64,000 nucleotides of DNA, taken from contig JASCQW010000032.1 of NCBI GenBank assembly GCA_030264375.1, positions 72,177,615 through 72,241,614 on the forward strand, in the 5' to 3' direction. Source of the stretch: Carcharhinus longimanus (taxonomy: Eukaryota). Every line of letters starts with the position of its first letter. Within the stretch, counting starts at the first letter, position 1. Positions 13,620-26,444 of this stretch are shown piece after piece. The notes below the pieces were generated by a model. The model did not search any database. It saw only the letters and a program-made list of their open reading frames with translations, and was not told the origin of the DNA. The position numbers and the translations under genes were made by a program.

Positions 13620-14158
13620 CAAATAAAGAAAATAAGGAAATTTGTTATGTCCACTACGCTTCTCACCAACTTTTATAGATGCACAATAGAAAGCATTCTT
13701 TTTGGTTGTATTACAACCTGGCGTGGCTCCTGCTCTGTTCAAGACTGAAAGAAACTACAAAAGGCCGTGAGCGAGGTCCAGTCCATCTCACAAACCAGCC
13801 TGCCATCCATTGACACTGTCTACGCTTCCCACTTCCTCAGAAAATCAGTCAGCATAATTAAAGGCCCCACACACCTTGGACATACACTCTTCCACATTCT
13901 TTCATCGAGAAAAAGATACAAAAGTCTAAGGTCACATACCAGCCGACTCAAGATCAACTAGTTCACTGCTGCCATCAGACTTTTGAATGGACTTACCTTG
14001 CATTAAGTTCTTTATCTACACTCTAACAATGAGTGTAACACAATGTCCTGCATGATCTCCTTTTCTTCTCTATGAACGGTACGCTTTGTCTATATAGTGC
14101 GCAAGAAACAATACTTTTCACTGTGTACCAATACATACAACAATAAATCAAATCAAAT
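13620..14158 (+). mobile_element. Rex1/Babar-type LINE 3' end
   Basis: LTNFYRCTIESIL.GCIT.W.GSCS motif typical of the Rex1 C-terminus; tail ends caataaatcaaatcaaa. Confidence 0.85.
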
Positions 14159-15829
14159 AGCTTCCTTTTTGCGTGATGAGCAGGCTGGGCCTAGACAAGG
14201 CAGAAACAAAGGAAAATGTGCCCAAAAATACCCAGTTTGCTTGCACTCCACTGAGAAATTTCAAAAATAAACAGAGCTAATCCTCCTGGCCCTCTCCATA
14301 TTGTCAGGTTAAATTGGTAAGACCAGCACCAGCGGCAAACTTTGCCACACAAGGTTAAAATAATGCAGGAGTCAGATTGACATCATCAGACCCTGAATGT
14401 TGAACATCAATGTCGAAGACAGGGAGAGCCACTGCATGTTGCTCCACATGTGCCTGTAAATATTAGTGTGGGATATGAATGTATACCAATCATGAAGGTC
14501 ATTGCCACAATTTTAACCCCTATCCCACATCCCTGCTGACCCACTTTTTGTCAGGGTTGGGGGTTAAAATTGAGCTGCTGACATTTGGCCCACATCTGTT
14601 TTGTGAATTGAAACAGTTCAGCTCACAAAGCCTAGAAACCTCAGTGTGGTTTATATTTCCAGGGAGTGGATCTGTGGAGGCAGGCAGTGGGAGGGGAGAA
14701 AATATATATGTTAGAACTGGAAGGGCTGAGGAAAATCTGGTAACCACCTTGTGTACCATTTTTCAACTGTATCTGCAGTCCTTCTGTCATAGTTACAGTT
14801 AGTTACCTGGAGAAAGCTCCTCATCCCTGCCATTTAAATTTATCCCCATAAACCCTATTGGAGTTTAGGACAAAGGTTTGGACACTGCTGTGATGAGTGT
14901 TGCTGCCTAATAGGTGAATGTATCTCAAATCAGATCACCAAGGTCTGTTAGTAATTTATAAAAGCTGCAAATTAATGAATTGAAAGTTTACAAAGACAAT
15001 TCTAGCCTTTGTGTGTGGAGTTGGCAAGGTGCAGGTGTTGTGGAACTGGAAGCGGAACCATATTGTGAACAAGTTGCACGAGGGATTACATCTTTGATTA
15101 ATAACATTCCCACTGCCGGAATGAAAACATGCGCTGCTGAGGGTCTTCAAAGCCTTGCAGGAGTTTGAACGAGGCTTGCAGCAGCAGTAATTGTGAGTCA
15201 CTCGTCATGTCAACCCGATGCAGTTGGAGCAGCAAGGTAATACAATGGAGGGAGCTAGTGCAGTCAGGTTAGTCAGGCATTAGAATGAGTCAGTTAGGGT
15301 GCTTGAAAAGATGTGACACAAGCTATAATATATATGATCAGTACCTCGCTCAGACCCGACTGCACGAAACATTTAATGGTCTCCCCAGGGGTCCTACGGT
15401 TGGAGATCCTAGCAAAGCCTATTCTAATATTCAAAATGAATAGCATAATCATAGTGGTGGAATTTCTTTCAGTTACTGAGTAATCCTCATCATCGCTCCC
15501 TCCTTCTCCAACTAACATTAAAGTGTCAAAAACTTGCATTTATAGAACACCTTCAACATAGAGACCCACCCCTTGTACTTCACAGAAATGTGAATGTAGC
15601 AGATGATCAACTTAAGAAGGAGGTATTCTGAAGAGTGATGAAAAGCATTGTCAAAGAGGTCAGGCTTAAGTCAGGCCTTTATGAAAGAAAAGAAGCTGGA
15701 GAGGTGAAGGGATTGAAGAATTTTGGTGCACAAATATTGAGCTTGCTGGCCAAAAGTATAACTGCCGATGGCGATGGGGCAGGATGGGGCAGAGGAATAC
15801 ATAAAAGATCAAAGTTCAGAGGAATGACA

Positions 15830-16190
15830 ATGTTGCTGGACTGATAATCCAGAGACCCAGGGTGCTATTTTCAAGACAAAGGTTTCAATCCCACCATGGT
15901 ACATAGTCAAATTTAAAATTAATAAAAATTTGGAATTAAAATTCTAATAAAGACTATGAAATCACTGTCAATTGTTGTAAAAACCCATCTGTTTATAATG
16001 TCCTTCAGGGAAGGGAATCTGCCATCCTTACTTAGTCTGGCCTACATGTGACTCCAGATCCACAGTAATATGATTGAGTTTTAAATGATCTCTGAAATGG
16101 CTTAGCAAGTCACTCAGTTCAAGGGCAATTAGGGATGAGCAATAAATGCTGACCCTGAAAACAAAGTGCATATCCCCTGAATTAATGTTT
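15830..16190 (+). mobile_element. tRNA-derived SINE family 2
   Basis: cccaccatgg...gggaagggaatctgccatccttac...agggcaattagggatgagcaataaatgctg; shared with 53198, 54528 and 59700. Confidence 0.8.
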
Positions 16191-16459
16191 TAAAAATGGG
16201 GGGAAGTTTTAGTATTTAAGGCAATTAAAGACCAAGACAATAATTTAAAACTTGAACTACTGGTATTGGCAGTAAATCTGAGCAAGCAGAACTTGGTGTG
16301 AGATAGGATATGAGTGAGAGGGTTTTGTATGAACCGAAATTAATGAAGAGTGTAGGTTGGGATGTTGACCAGCTAAGCATTAGAGAAATTGGGTTTGAGG
16401 TGCTAAAAGTATGGAGGATAAACTGAGTTAAGGGTAGAGACAGGTGGCAAGGGTAAATG

Positions 16460-16760
16460 GGTGGCGCGGTGAAACAGTGGTTAGCACTGCTGCCTCAAGG
16501 CACCAGGGACTCAGGTTTGAGTCCCGGCTTGGGTCACTGTCTATGCGGAGTCTGAATGTTCTCCCCATGTCTGCGTGGGTTTCCTCTGGGTGATCCGGTT
16601 TCCTCCCACAGTCCAAAAGATGTGCTGGTTAGGTGCAATGGCCATGCTAAATTCTCCCTCAGTATACCGTAAAAGGCACTGGAGTGTGGACACTAGGGGA
16701 TTTTTGCAGTAACTTCATAGCAGTGTTAATGTAAGTCCATTTGTGACACTAATAAATACA
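16460..16760 (+). mobile_element. HE1-type SINE, tail B
   Basis: V core followed by ggagtgtgg..actagggga...gtaacttcat...gtgacactaataaa. Confidence 0.85.
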
Positions 16761-17559
16761 AAAAAAGGTGATGTTACAAAATGAGAAGCATATGGCCCTG
16801 GTGATTAAGAGGACATGGTGGAGGGTGGGGGGTGTTGGGGGGGTGGATTTCAATGTGGGAACCTGGCGAAAGTGAGGGAATAATGATATTATAATAGCTG
16901 TAGGGTACTTACCTTTGTTCATGTCAATAATCCTGTCACTGTCATCCTGAATGAACACTGGATGGCTGGAGTGCCCATCTATCTTAGGCATTGAATCCTC
17001 TTAATATCTGAAACAGGGGCTTACGGTGAATTTGGATCCCGATTGCCATTTTATGATTCAACTGGGCAGAACTTGTGTCACATCCAGTTTTACAGATGGG
17101 ACAGCTGTTCAAATGTCAGAATCTAGGGTTGCAGAATTCCTCTTCATCTTCAAGAACCCTACCTTGTATTTTACCTGTTAATCAAATGAACTTTATAAAA
17201 TCACCTCCTCTAGACCACAAAATGGCAAGATGTCTGGAAAGTAGCGCTGTCCTAAAATTATAAAATTATGACAAAGGTGCTGCCTGTTTTTGGCAGGAAT
17301 GTTTGATATCTGCTGCTGTTCTAATCAGAAAATAACAGCTGATGCAAGATGAGGCAGATCCAAAAGTGGATTTGCATCATGAAGCACAATAGAATCTACA
17401 ACTGACCCATAAATATCCATAACATGGATACAAGTGACCCATGGTAATGCAAATATCCCTGCTTTAAATATTTATGCTATTAGAAATATTAATTTGAAAT
17501 ACCTCAGTGGAATACATATACACAGATTTCAAACTGTATTTCCCTCATGCACATTCTCA

Positions 17560-18035
17560 ATGTCTAGATTGTTGAGAATGGTTCTTGGGTTGAGAAGCTT
17601 CTGTTATACAAGTAGCCCAGAGAAGTTGGGACTGTTCTCCTTGGAGAAGAGAAGGCTGAGAGGAGGTCTGATAGAGCCATTCAAAAAACCATGAGAAGGC
17701 TGGACAGAGTAGAGCAGGAAAAACTGTTCCCACTTGTAAAGGCGTCGAGAACAAGAGGACACGGATTGAAAGTAATTGGTAAAAGAAGCAAAAGCAACAC
17801 GAGGAGAAACCTTTTCACACAGCGAGTAGATAAGGTTTAAAATGCATTTACTGAAAGTGTGATGGAGGCACGCTCAATCAAGACATTTTTAAAGTGAATT
17901 ATCTGAAAAGGAACAACTTGCAGGGTTATGGGGAGAAGGCTGGAGAAGGCAGCAAGTGATTTGCATATTCAGAGAGCCAGTGTGACATGATGGGCTGAAC
18001 GGCCTCCATCTGCACTGTAAGAATTGTGTGATTGA
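17560..18035 (+). mobile_element. CR1 LINE 3' fragment
   Basis: LEKRRLRGGLIE.FK motif and CR1 tail. Confidence 0.85.
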
Positions 18036-19744
18036 GAACTCAGTGGCGCAGTTATGGTTGTCAGCCTGAAATTACATACATTTCCAGTTAGCTTTTAATA
18101 GAAATATTGTGGCAACCTACAGTGCTGCAATTTTATTTTTTCCAAGTAACAGGTTTAAGAAAAACCCCATTGATCATAAATATTCTTTAGAGTAAAAGGA
18201 AGAGGTGAGAAAATATGCTGAAGACTAGCTTTATTTTCGTCATTCCGTGAACAAGTTCTTAAAAAAAATTGTTAACCGTAACACATTTGGACTCTCACAT
18301 GTGGAAATTCAAATATTACTATATTCTCTCCAATAATCACCACAGTTCCCCACGGGGATGTGTGTGTATAAGTGGTGCCCATTGAGGACCAATCTGAAGA
18401 AAATTTTCACCCAAAGGATGGATGCTGTTTTGTGATTTTTTTGCACATAATAGGCAAAGTGGAAAAAATATGTTCAGTAATAGGTTGCTCTTTTTCAAAA
18501 CAAAATCAAAAAGTACAAGAATAGGATTATGCCGAATTACATCTGCCCTGTGCATTTTAAAGTTAAAAACCACAATGTCATTTTCAAAGTGATTTGGCTG
18601 TGTTCTCTAGGGGAAGCTCTTTCCTCTTTATGGAGATGACGTGAAGTCTCTTCACACATTTGTTTTTTTAAATAATACAGCTACACTTACTTTGTTTACG
18701 TACACTGGAAGCACTTTAATATCAAGCCAAATGGGAATTTGGACTGACAGTGTCATTTGTATGATGTGTGTAAAGTTGAGGTTTTTCATCCAAGTCGTAT
18801 TAATCTAAATGAGTTCTACCCGTGCAGACCTTGGGCAGAATCCAATTCTGATTAATCCATTGTAAAGTCACTGGCGAGGCAACTAGATCAGCATAAAACA
18901 ACCCTGGTGCCTATGTGAATCTATGGGAACAACCAGTTAAGGGCACAAGTATCTTTGGCAGGGTCAGCTGGGTGTTTTGTGCCAAAGACTGTTTAACATT
19001 TTATAAGCTCACATCTTATTTATTGGTAGAAACTGAAAGCTTTTGCTCCCTAGCCACACTTAATAGTGGACCAAATATAACACTCAGCTGGATTATAACA
19101 ATTCATATCCCCAAAATGTTAACACTATTAGTTCCAGGTTTCAAAGTAGTATTCCATTACTGATTAACACCCAAATTTAATTCTTTCCTCTGAGGTTTGA
19201 TAATTTACAAATGCTTCATTCAATATGAATCAAGGAATATAGATACTTGCTTCTCTGAGTGTAGTTGGCATTCTGAATCAAGAATCTCTCATCAATGACC
19301 ATCTTACAATATTTATGTCTATTGATATTTATTGATTAAAAAGAAACACAGTACTAATCTCACAGAAGTGTCATATCTTTGAATGTTAAACTGGGCGTCA
19401 TTGTCCTGGTTAAAATGGTTAATTTCTTACATTTCATTATTGAAGACTCAGTGAAACTTTTATTATGCTTGCTTCGATTATTTGCTTTTCTGATTAACTG
19501 ATGAACCCCCCTGCAGCAAGGGAAAATGTTTGAAATTCTTCAATGTCGGTCACCTCATCACCACTGCCGGTGAGACCGGAGAATTTAGTCCTTAGCAAAA
19601 TCTCCATTCACTGCAGCGGGACTGAAGAATCCCAGCCAAGAGAGAGATTGGAGAATTCCAATCACTGTGCCTTGGTGATCATCCCCATCTGGCATTAGCT
19701 TGAGAGAAATATTGCATCCGATATCTGATTTGTTTTTGCTCTTA

Positions 19745-20078
19745 TTGAGTCATTGAATCCCTACAGTGCAGAAGGGGGTCATTCGGCCCATCGAGTGTGG
19801 GCTGACTCTCCAAGAGTATCCCACCTATCTCCATAATCCCAAGCATTTATTCTGCAAAAGTTTCCTTAACCTACAAATCTTGGGACACCAAGAGGAAATT
19901 TAGCATGGCCAATCCACCTAATGTGCACATCTTTGGAGTGTGAAAGGAAACCNNNNNNNNNNNNNNNNNNNNNNGCAAATACAGAGAGAACGTACAAACT
20001 TCACACCAAGGCTGGAATTGAACCCAGATCCCTGGCGCAGTGAGGCAGCTGTGCTACCCACTGTTCCACCATGCCGCC
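19745..20078 (-). mobile_element. HE1-type SINE
   Basis: Reverse-complement head and tail present. Confidence 0.8.
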
Positions 20079-20944
20079 CTACTTCCTTTCCGTGCCAAGG
20101 GTGGTGCACTATACATGAAAAACCAGATTTGGGGGACTGACAATTCTCTGATAATTTCCGTCATCCATTTGGGGTCATCTCCTGCACTCTGGTGGGCAAT
20201 GGAAGTTACACTATAAGTTTAAATAATCTGGAATGATTCCATGTTGAAATGAGTTGGTTTTGGCAGAATCTGCTATCATATGTTTGTGACAGTGCCATGT
20301 GGTATAAAGCTGCTGTATAATCTTTCTTTTTAAGAGAAGTGATCTTATGCCAACAGGAAAAGAAATAGAAAAGTTCCATTATCTTATATCAGAAAAAACA
20401 AATTAAAATGATGATTTAGAACTAAAACAATCCAATAGAACTTGCAGTCGGTTGCTTTAGGAAGTGCACATATTGCCTTGTTTTCTGAAGCAAGTAGCTT
20501 TTCCCAGATGGTCAGAGAAAACTTTTTTTATATATCAGAAAATGCAAACTATTGCTTTCGGGTAAAGCGCCGCATAAAAGGTAATTTCCCTATATCAAAA
20601 TGAAAAACGGAAGTCAGTAAGGTAATGATTTAATTTATCTTTAGGAATAATTACTGCCTAGCTGGAGGCTACCACTGCACTCATTTGAAAGAGAAAGCAT
20701 TCAGACTGTATTTATCTGTTTAATTGTTCTGAATCATCAACAAATGCCCAGTTGTGAATGTGAAGCTGCATTAAAAATGCACTTTATCTCGAAAGGTTTG
20801 CCTAGATTGTGCTTGAAATGTAGACAAACTCAGATACTGTGGAATACCATGGAGCTAAATAAAATGCAAGTGCAATTCTGACATTCTGAAAAGACACTTC
20901 CAGGTTTCACCGTGCTGAAAGTACATCACTAAAATTGTAATATA

Positions 20945-21298
20945 ATCTATAGTATCATATTGTGCAGTAGGAAGCCACTTAGCCCTTCAAGCTTGTGCCA
21001 ACAATAATCCTACCCTAGTCCTAACTCTGTAATCCTGCCAATCTCCCTGACACTAAAGGGCAATTTAGCGTGGCCAATCCACCTAACCTGCACATCTTTG
21101 GACTCTAAGGGGCAATTTAGCATGGTCAATCCATCTAATTTACACACCTTTGGACTGTGGGAGGAAATCCAAAGGAAACCCATGCAGACATGGGGGAGAA
21201 TGTGCAAACTCCAGATAGACAGTCACCCGAGGCTGGAATTGAACTCCGGTCTCTGGCGCTGTGAGGCAGCAGTGCTAACCACTGTGCCACCGTGCCAT
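20945..21298 (-). mobile_element. HE1-type SINE with internally duplicated segment
   Basis: Two copies of gggcaatttagc.tgg.caatcca.ctaa. Confidence 0.85.
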
Positions 21299-21660
21299 CC
21301 ATGAACTCCTGAATCCTGATGACANNNNNNNNNNNNNNNNNNNNNNNNNNNNNNNNNNNNNNNNNNNNNNNNNNNNNNNNNNNNNNNNNNNNNNNNNNNN
21401 NNNNNNNNNNNNNNNNNNNNNNNNNNNNNNNNNNNNNNNNNNNNNNNNNNNNNNNNNNNNNNNNNNNNNNNNNNNNNNNNNNNNNNNNNNNNNNNNNNNN
21501 NNNNNNNNNNNNNNNNNNNNNNNNNNNNNNNNNNNNNNNNNNNNNNNNNNNNNNNNNNNNNNNNNNNNNNNNNNNNNNNNNNNNNNNNNNNNNNNNNNNN
21601 NNNNNNNNNNNNNNNTTTTTTTGTATTTCTGTGAAGTACTTTGGGGTTTCCTGAGAACAT

Positions 21661-22941
21661 GACACATTAAAAATGAGAAACATGAAACTACATTGTTAAA
21701 CTAGAAATTCAAAGCCATTTCTTCAGGAAAATAAGTCATTTGTTAAAGAAAAACATGTTCAGTGCAGTATTCCTGGCTACTGGCATTGGATGTCAGTTAT
21801 GCTCATTAATGATGTTCATTGTCGCTGAGATCACCTCCCCTTAGTGGATGCCTCAGGGATGTAATGAGAGCTGCAGGAATTTCCCACACCCTTACAAGGC
21901 TGCCCCGTCAGGTTTGTCAGTGCTGCCCCAGGGTTGGATGTGAGGGATCACTCTGTGTCTGATCGGGGGAACTGCAATTGGGAAGAGAGTGCACTGAAAG
22001 CCATCTCACGCCCTTCCTTGCCTCCACCCACTCAACCCCCTCCCCTCCTCCACCCTATCCTACCCTCATTCAACTTTGGTCATCGCACAGTTCTCAAGGG
22101 CTTTGGTGCAAGCTCTATTACTCCCACTGGCAGCAGCTCTCAGCTGGCAGAACTTCCGCTGCCAAGGATCTCAATCGTGGGAAGGCACGGTGGTGGCCTG
22201 AAAGGCACTTGATTCCATTGAGCCTCCACCACAGAACTGACGAGGGTTCCCTGACTGCCCAACAAATCCTGCCCCCGTCTGTGGGCTGCACAGTTCTACA
22301 TGAACTACTTGCCCTTTGCTACAAAACCCAGTAGATAGTGCAACCCAAAAGGGTTTGGAGGAAGATGACCTGAAATCACTACAATCCCTCCAAGGATTTA
22401 CGTGAGAACTGCTGTGACTCAGTTTGCGTGCCTGGCGGTATTAAGTTACCTGCTTGATGTACAAGCTGCCTTTTGATTAATAGCTCGGGCCTGCAGGAGA
22501 GATGCATTAGCCATCTACACCAGCTCTATAGAAATCCCTTGTGTCACTGTCCTATACAAAATCACAAGTGCAAGTTGAGTACTTCTTTACACAGGTTATC
22601 AAATGTACTTGTTTTCCTCGTAATGCTTCAACCTGAAATACTGACCCAAAACTGGCTGCAAAGTTTATATAATAATGAAACACAACACTTTCATTTGCAT
22701 GGTTGTTGCCATATTTTGTTGATGTACCTGAAAATACTTCACACATTAATTTTTTTTTGAAGCGCAGTGACTATTTTTATGTAGTAAAATTCCTTCAATG
22801 CAAACATTGCTTCAAAAGAAGGCAAAAAGATGAGGACTGTTGAACATGTTTTTCTTTTACAAATGACTTATTTTCCTGAAGAAATGGCTTTGAGTTTCTA
22901 ATTTAATAATCTAGTTTCATGTTTCTCATTTTTAATGTGTC
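21661..22941. repeat. Long inverted repeat: arms 21661-21761 and 22841-22941, spacer 1079 bp
   Basis: The reverse complement of the left arm matches the right arm at 96/101 positions with no indels (checked by eye). Confidence 0.95.
22450..22551 (-). other. Candidate non-coding, poison or terminal exon (102 nt)
   Basis: Minus strand: branch-like tactcaac, acceptor gtgattttgtatAG, donor CAG|gtaact. Stops in all three frames. Unique sequence inside the long inverted repeat. Confidence 0.3.
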
Positions 22942-22959
22942 TACCATTTTACCTCACAA

Positions 22960-23130
22960 CTTGATTTGATTTATGATTGTCACATGTATTAGTATGCAAT
23001 GAAAAGTATTGTTTTTTGTGTGCTATGCAGACAAAGCATACCATAGACAGAGAAGGAAAGGAGAGGGTGCAGAATGTTGTGTTACAGTCATGGCTAAGGT
23101 ATAGAGAAAGATCAACTTAATATAAGGTCG
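22960..23130 (-). mobile_element. Rex1-type LINE tail fragment
   Basis: Reverse complement of 14020-14158. Confidence 0.75.
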
Positions 23131-25311
23131 ATCTCTATGAAGTGAAATGGGAAATATTCTTTGCCAGCATTTTAATTTTAATTTGCATTGAATTGAATCA
23201 TGTGTGCACGAAATATGCAATGGATTTCATTTTGTAGTAAAAGAACAGCGTTGACCTTATGGAGGCAACCCCAGTTAGCTGCAAACATCATTCTGGCACA
23301 GAAGGTCCATAGCAATTCTCTCATTCTCGCATCATGACGCCACACACAGAAAACTCAAATTCAGCTCCAGTCTCTATAATGGTCTATAAAGGCTAATTTC
23401 AGCTGGAGCAATTGTGAGATGTCACAATTGGCCAATAGGGAGGGGAAAGGTCTGTTAGTATAACTGTTCTGGCAGCCACTGAATCCCACTGGAAAGCATC
23501 CTGTGTCCACATCAGGGGACAACAGAATTGTGCTTGGCTATGATGACTTGCATAGCTGAATAGACTGCCAGCCTTGGCTTTAAGAACAGCTACTTGCATG
23601 TTTCACTAAGAAGTGTCTTGCACAGTAGTTCCGGATAGCACAGGGCGAAGATATAAGAAACAGGTTTAAATCTGGTTCCTGCTGCAGAAATATCTATCGA
23701 AATCTTGCAAACAATCCCTGCATTCTATGGCAGGGTGTTTACTTACTTACAAGAAATCAACCGCAATGGTTTTGATAATATATTTTCCAATTGAATTTCA
23801 TGCATATTNNNNNNNNNNACGGTAATGCTTGAAAACACACCCGGCCTTTATGAGCACTAATAGATGTCCGATTAAAACCCTTTCTTGTGCTTTGGATTTT
23901 TTTCTCTCTCAAATTACTGTAGTGTCGCAGCCGAGAAGACTACATTTTCCATTTCTTATAAATAGCCACAAGAAATGTATTAATTATCCTCACGGAATTT
24001 AATGCACCAAGTGCTTTAACCTTTCAGGTTTTAAACTCCTGCATAACAAGGCATATCCATGGTAGCAAATGTGATTTATGACACGAATGTTTAATTTGTG
24101 TTGTTTAAGACATTACTGAGCTATCTGCATACATTTAAATTCACCCGCAACACTTTTTTTTTCTGACTCCAGACAGTTATTTAATATTCAAGGATGATTT
24201 TGTCCACATACATTTTGGTTTGTGTCACCTCAAATTAAATTATTACTGTTTCCTTCCTTTGTAGCAGGCCTTAGGCTGTTATTTACAAGAATCAATGAAA
24301 TGGAAATGAAAATCCATTTTTCATACTATCAGCTGGGTCTTACCTTTATTTAGTTAGCTTCATCTAACCAAGCTATTCTTTATGTACAAATGTCAACGCA
24401 CGAGGAAACACAGAGGCGCGAAAGAGTTAAATTTTAATGGGAAAAAATAAGTTTTGCCATTTCATTTAGACAAAGGACTTGTAATTAAGCTTTAGTTTAA
24501 GTAAGACCAAACAAATTTGCTAAAAAATTACTCATTCAAGAAATAATTTTCCCTCCTCGGAACCAATACCTTGATAGGCTATACAGTGATCCTGATTTGG
24601 AGTGTGACCTTTGAAAGCTCTCTCCAGCTTGATTAAAGATGTATTAAATTTGTTTAAATAAACCTTGTTGTAATGGCACATCATTTGTAAGAAGCTATTA
24701 GGGCCTGGAAATTGTGCTGCTGTATTTGCATTAAAATGTGCCCTGCTAAAATTGAGGATCACATTGAATGAGCTGCTATGCCAGGGTGACACTTTCATAA
24801 TTTCTCCGGTGACAAAAGCAGATGAAACTTTATGCTGAGCGGGATGAGGGAGGAGGGGGGAACTGCTTAACAGCACCAGAGGTTTATAATTCAGTACTGA
24901 GGGAGCATGTTAACAGCTCTGTATGTTCCTCTGACACCTATCTACCGTACAATATTTATTACGTTACTGGGGTTGTTTTTGAGTCGCATTTCTCAGTAAA
25001 ATATACCCTCGCATTTATGACCCAAGATCCCAGAAATACAACATCGAACCAGTCACTCCAAACAGCTGCTGTGTTCGCAAGACAATCGTAAATAAAATGC
25101 ACGTAGTGCAAAGTTATTTCTTGTTTTTCTGCTTCTTCCTCCTATTCTGCTAAAATTATTTTTCCATTGAGACTTCCAGTGCTTCCCACCTGACTCCATG
25201 CCTTCCTAATCCTGCTGCAAGACTCATGAGGGCTGCCTCTTGCTTCATAACTGCTGCCATCACCGGGAACTTAATCAATGATTGAGATAAGGTGACCCCC
25301 CCCACACAAGA

Positions 25312-25630
25312 CCATGAGACCATAAGAAATAAGATCAGGAGTCTGCCATTCAGCCATTCGAGACTGTCCTACCATTTAATAAGATCATGGCTGACCTAGC
25401 ACTCACTAAGTTCACTTTCCTGCCTTCTCTCCATAGCCCTTAATTCTCCTACAGATTAGAAACCTATCGAACTTGGCTGTGAAAATGTTCAAGGACTCGG
25501 CTCCACAGCTTCCTGAGGTAAAGAGTTCCAAATATTCACCTCTCTTCGAGAGAAGAAATTCTTCCTCAAATCCATTCTAAATGAACACCCCCTTATTCTG
25601 CAACTATGCCCTCCGGTCCTATACTCGAGC
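25312..25630 (-). mobile_element. CR1 LINE 3' end
   Basis: RKNFFSRREVNIWNSLPQEAVE motif (ORF 25489-25716). Confidence 0.85.
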
Positions 25631-26444
25631 AAACTGGCCTTCTTCCTTCTAATGCACCAGCAAAGAAATGGAAAAACTAATCTAAAGAGGGCTGAAATAT
25701 TTAAATGGAAAACCAAAATAATTCCAGTCCTCAGATTTGGGGGTCAAGTTATTTCTTTTAGCTTTTGGCCATAAAGGTACAAAATTTAACCAGAATGAGT
25801 CCGATGTTAAGCCTCTCAGTTGTAGCCCAGTAATAAACGATGATGCAAGTCCAGCTTCTTCACAAACTCACTTTATTGTATTTTACAACACTATATGCAC
25901 ACACCCAACACCAGTGGCACTTGTAACCCTTTTATATATCCCAGTGAATATTATTAAACAATTAACATAGCATACATTAGGTCTATAGTGGAAGGTTGCA
26001 GTTAATCCACTCCTAACATCCAAGAATCCAATCCCAATGGTTGAGGTGAAAACATTCTCAAACAATATAAGAAAATCTTCCCAGTGTACTTGCTGTGAAA
26101 ATTGATGCTAATTCATCTCTGCAATACTAGAAATTGTGTTTAAACCCTTCCTGTCCATGCAAACTAACACCAACCAGAAAGGGAATAGATTGATGGTCTC
26201 CAGAAAACCACTAAGAATCAAATATCCATCCTGATTAGACAACAAGTGATAAGTAGCATTTGTTTTGAAGATTTACCTATAGTTTTGGTTATGGTTTTGG
26301 CTTTGGGAAATGGTGAGCTATCGCCTGTAATGACAGCATGGAAAACAGTAGGATGAGAAAATTGTCCCATATGTGGGCCAAGGAATGGTTGCTGGTGTTC
26401 ATCAGAGCTTTATAAAGAAAGAGATGTTCACATGTAGACCATTT

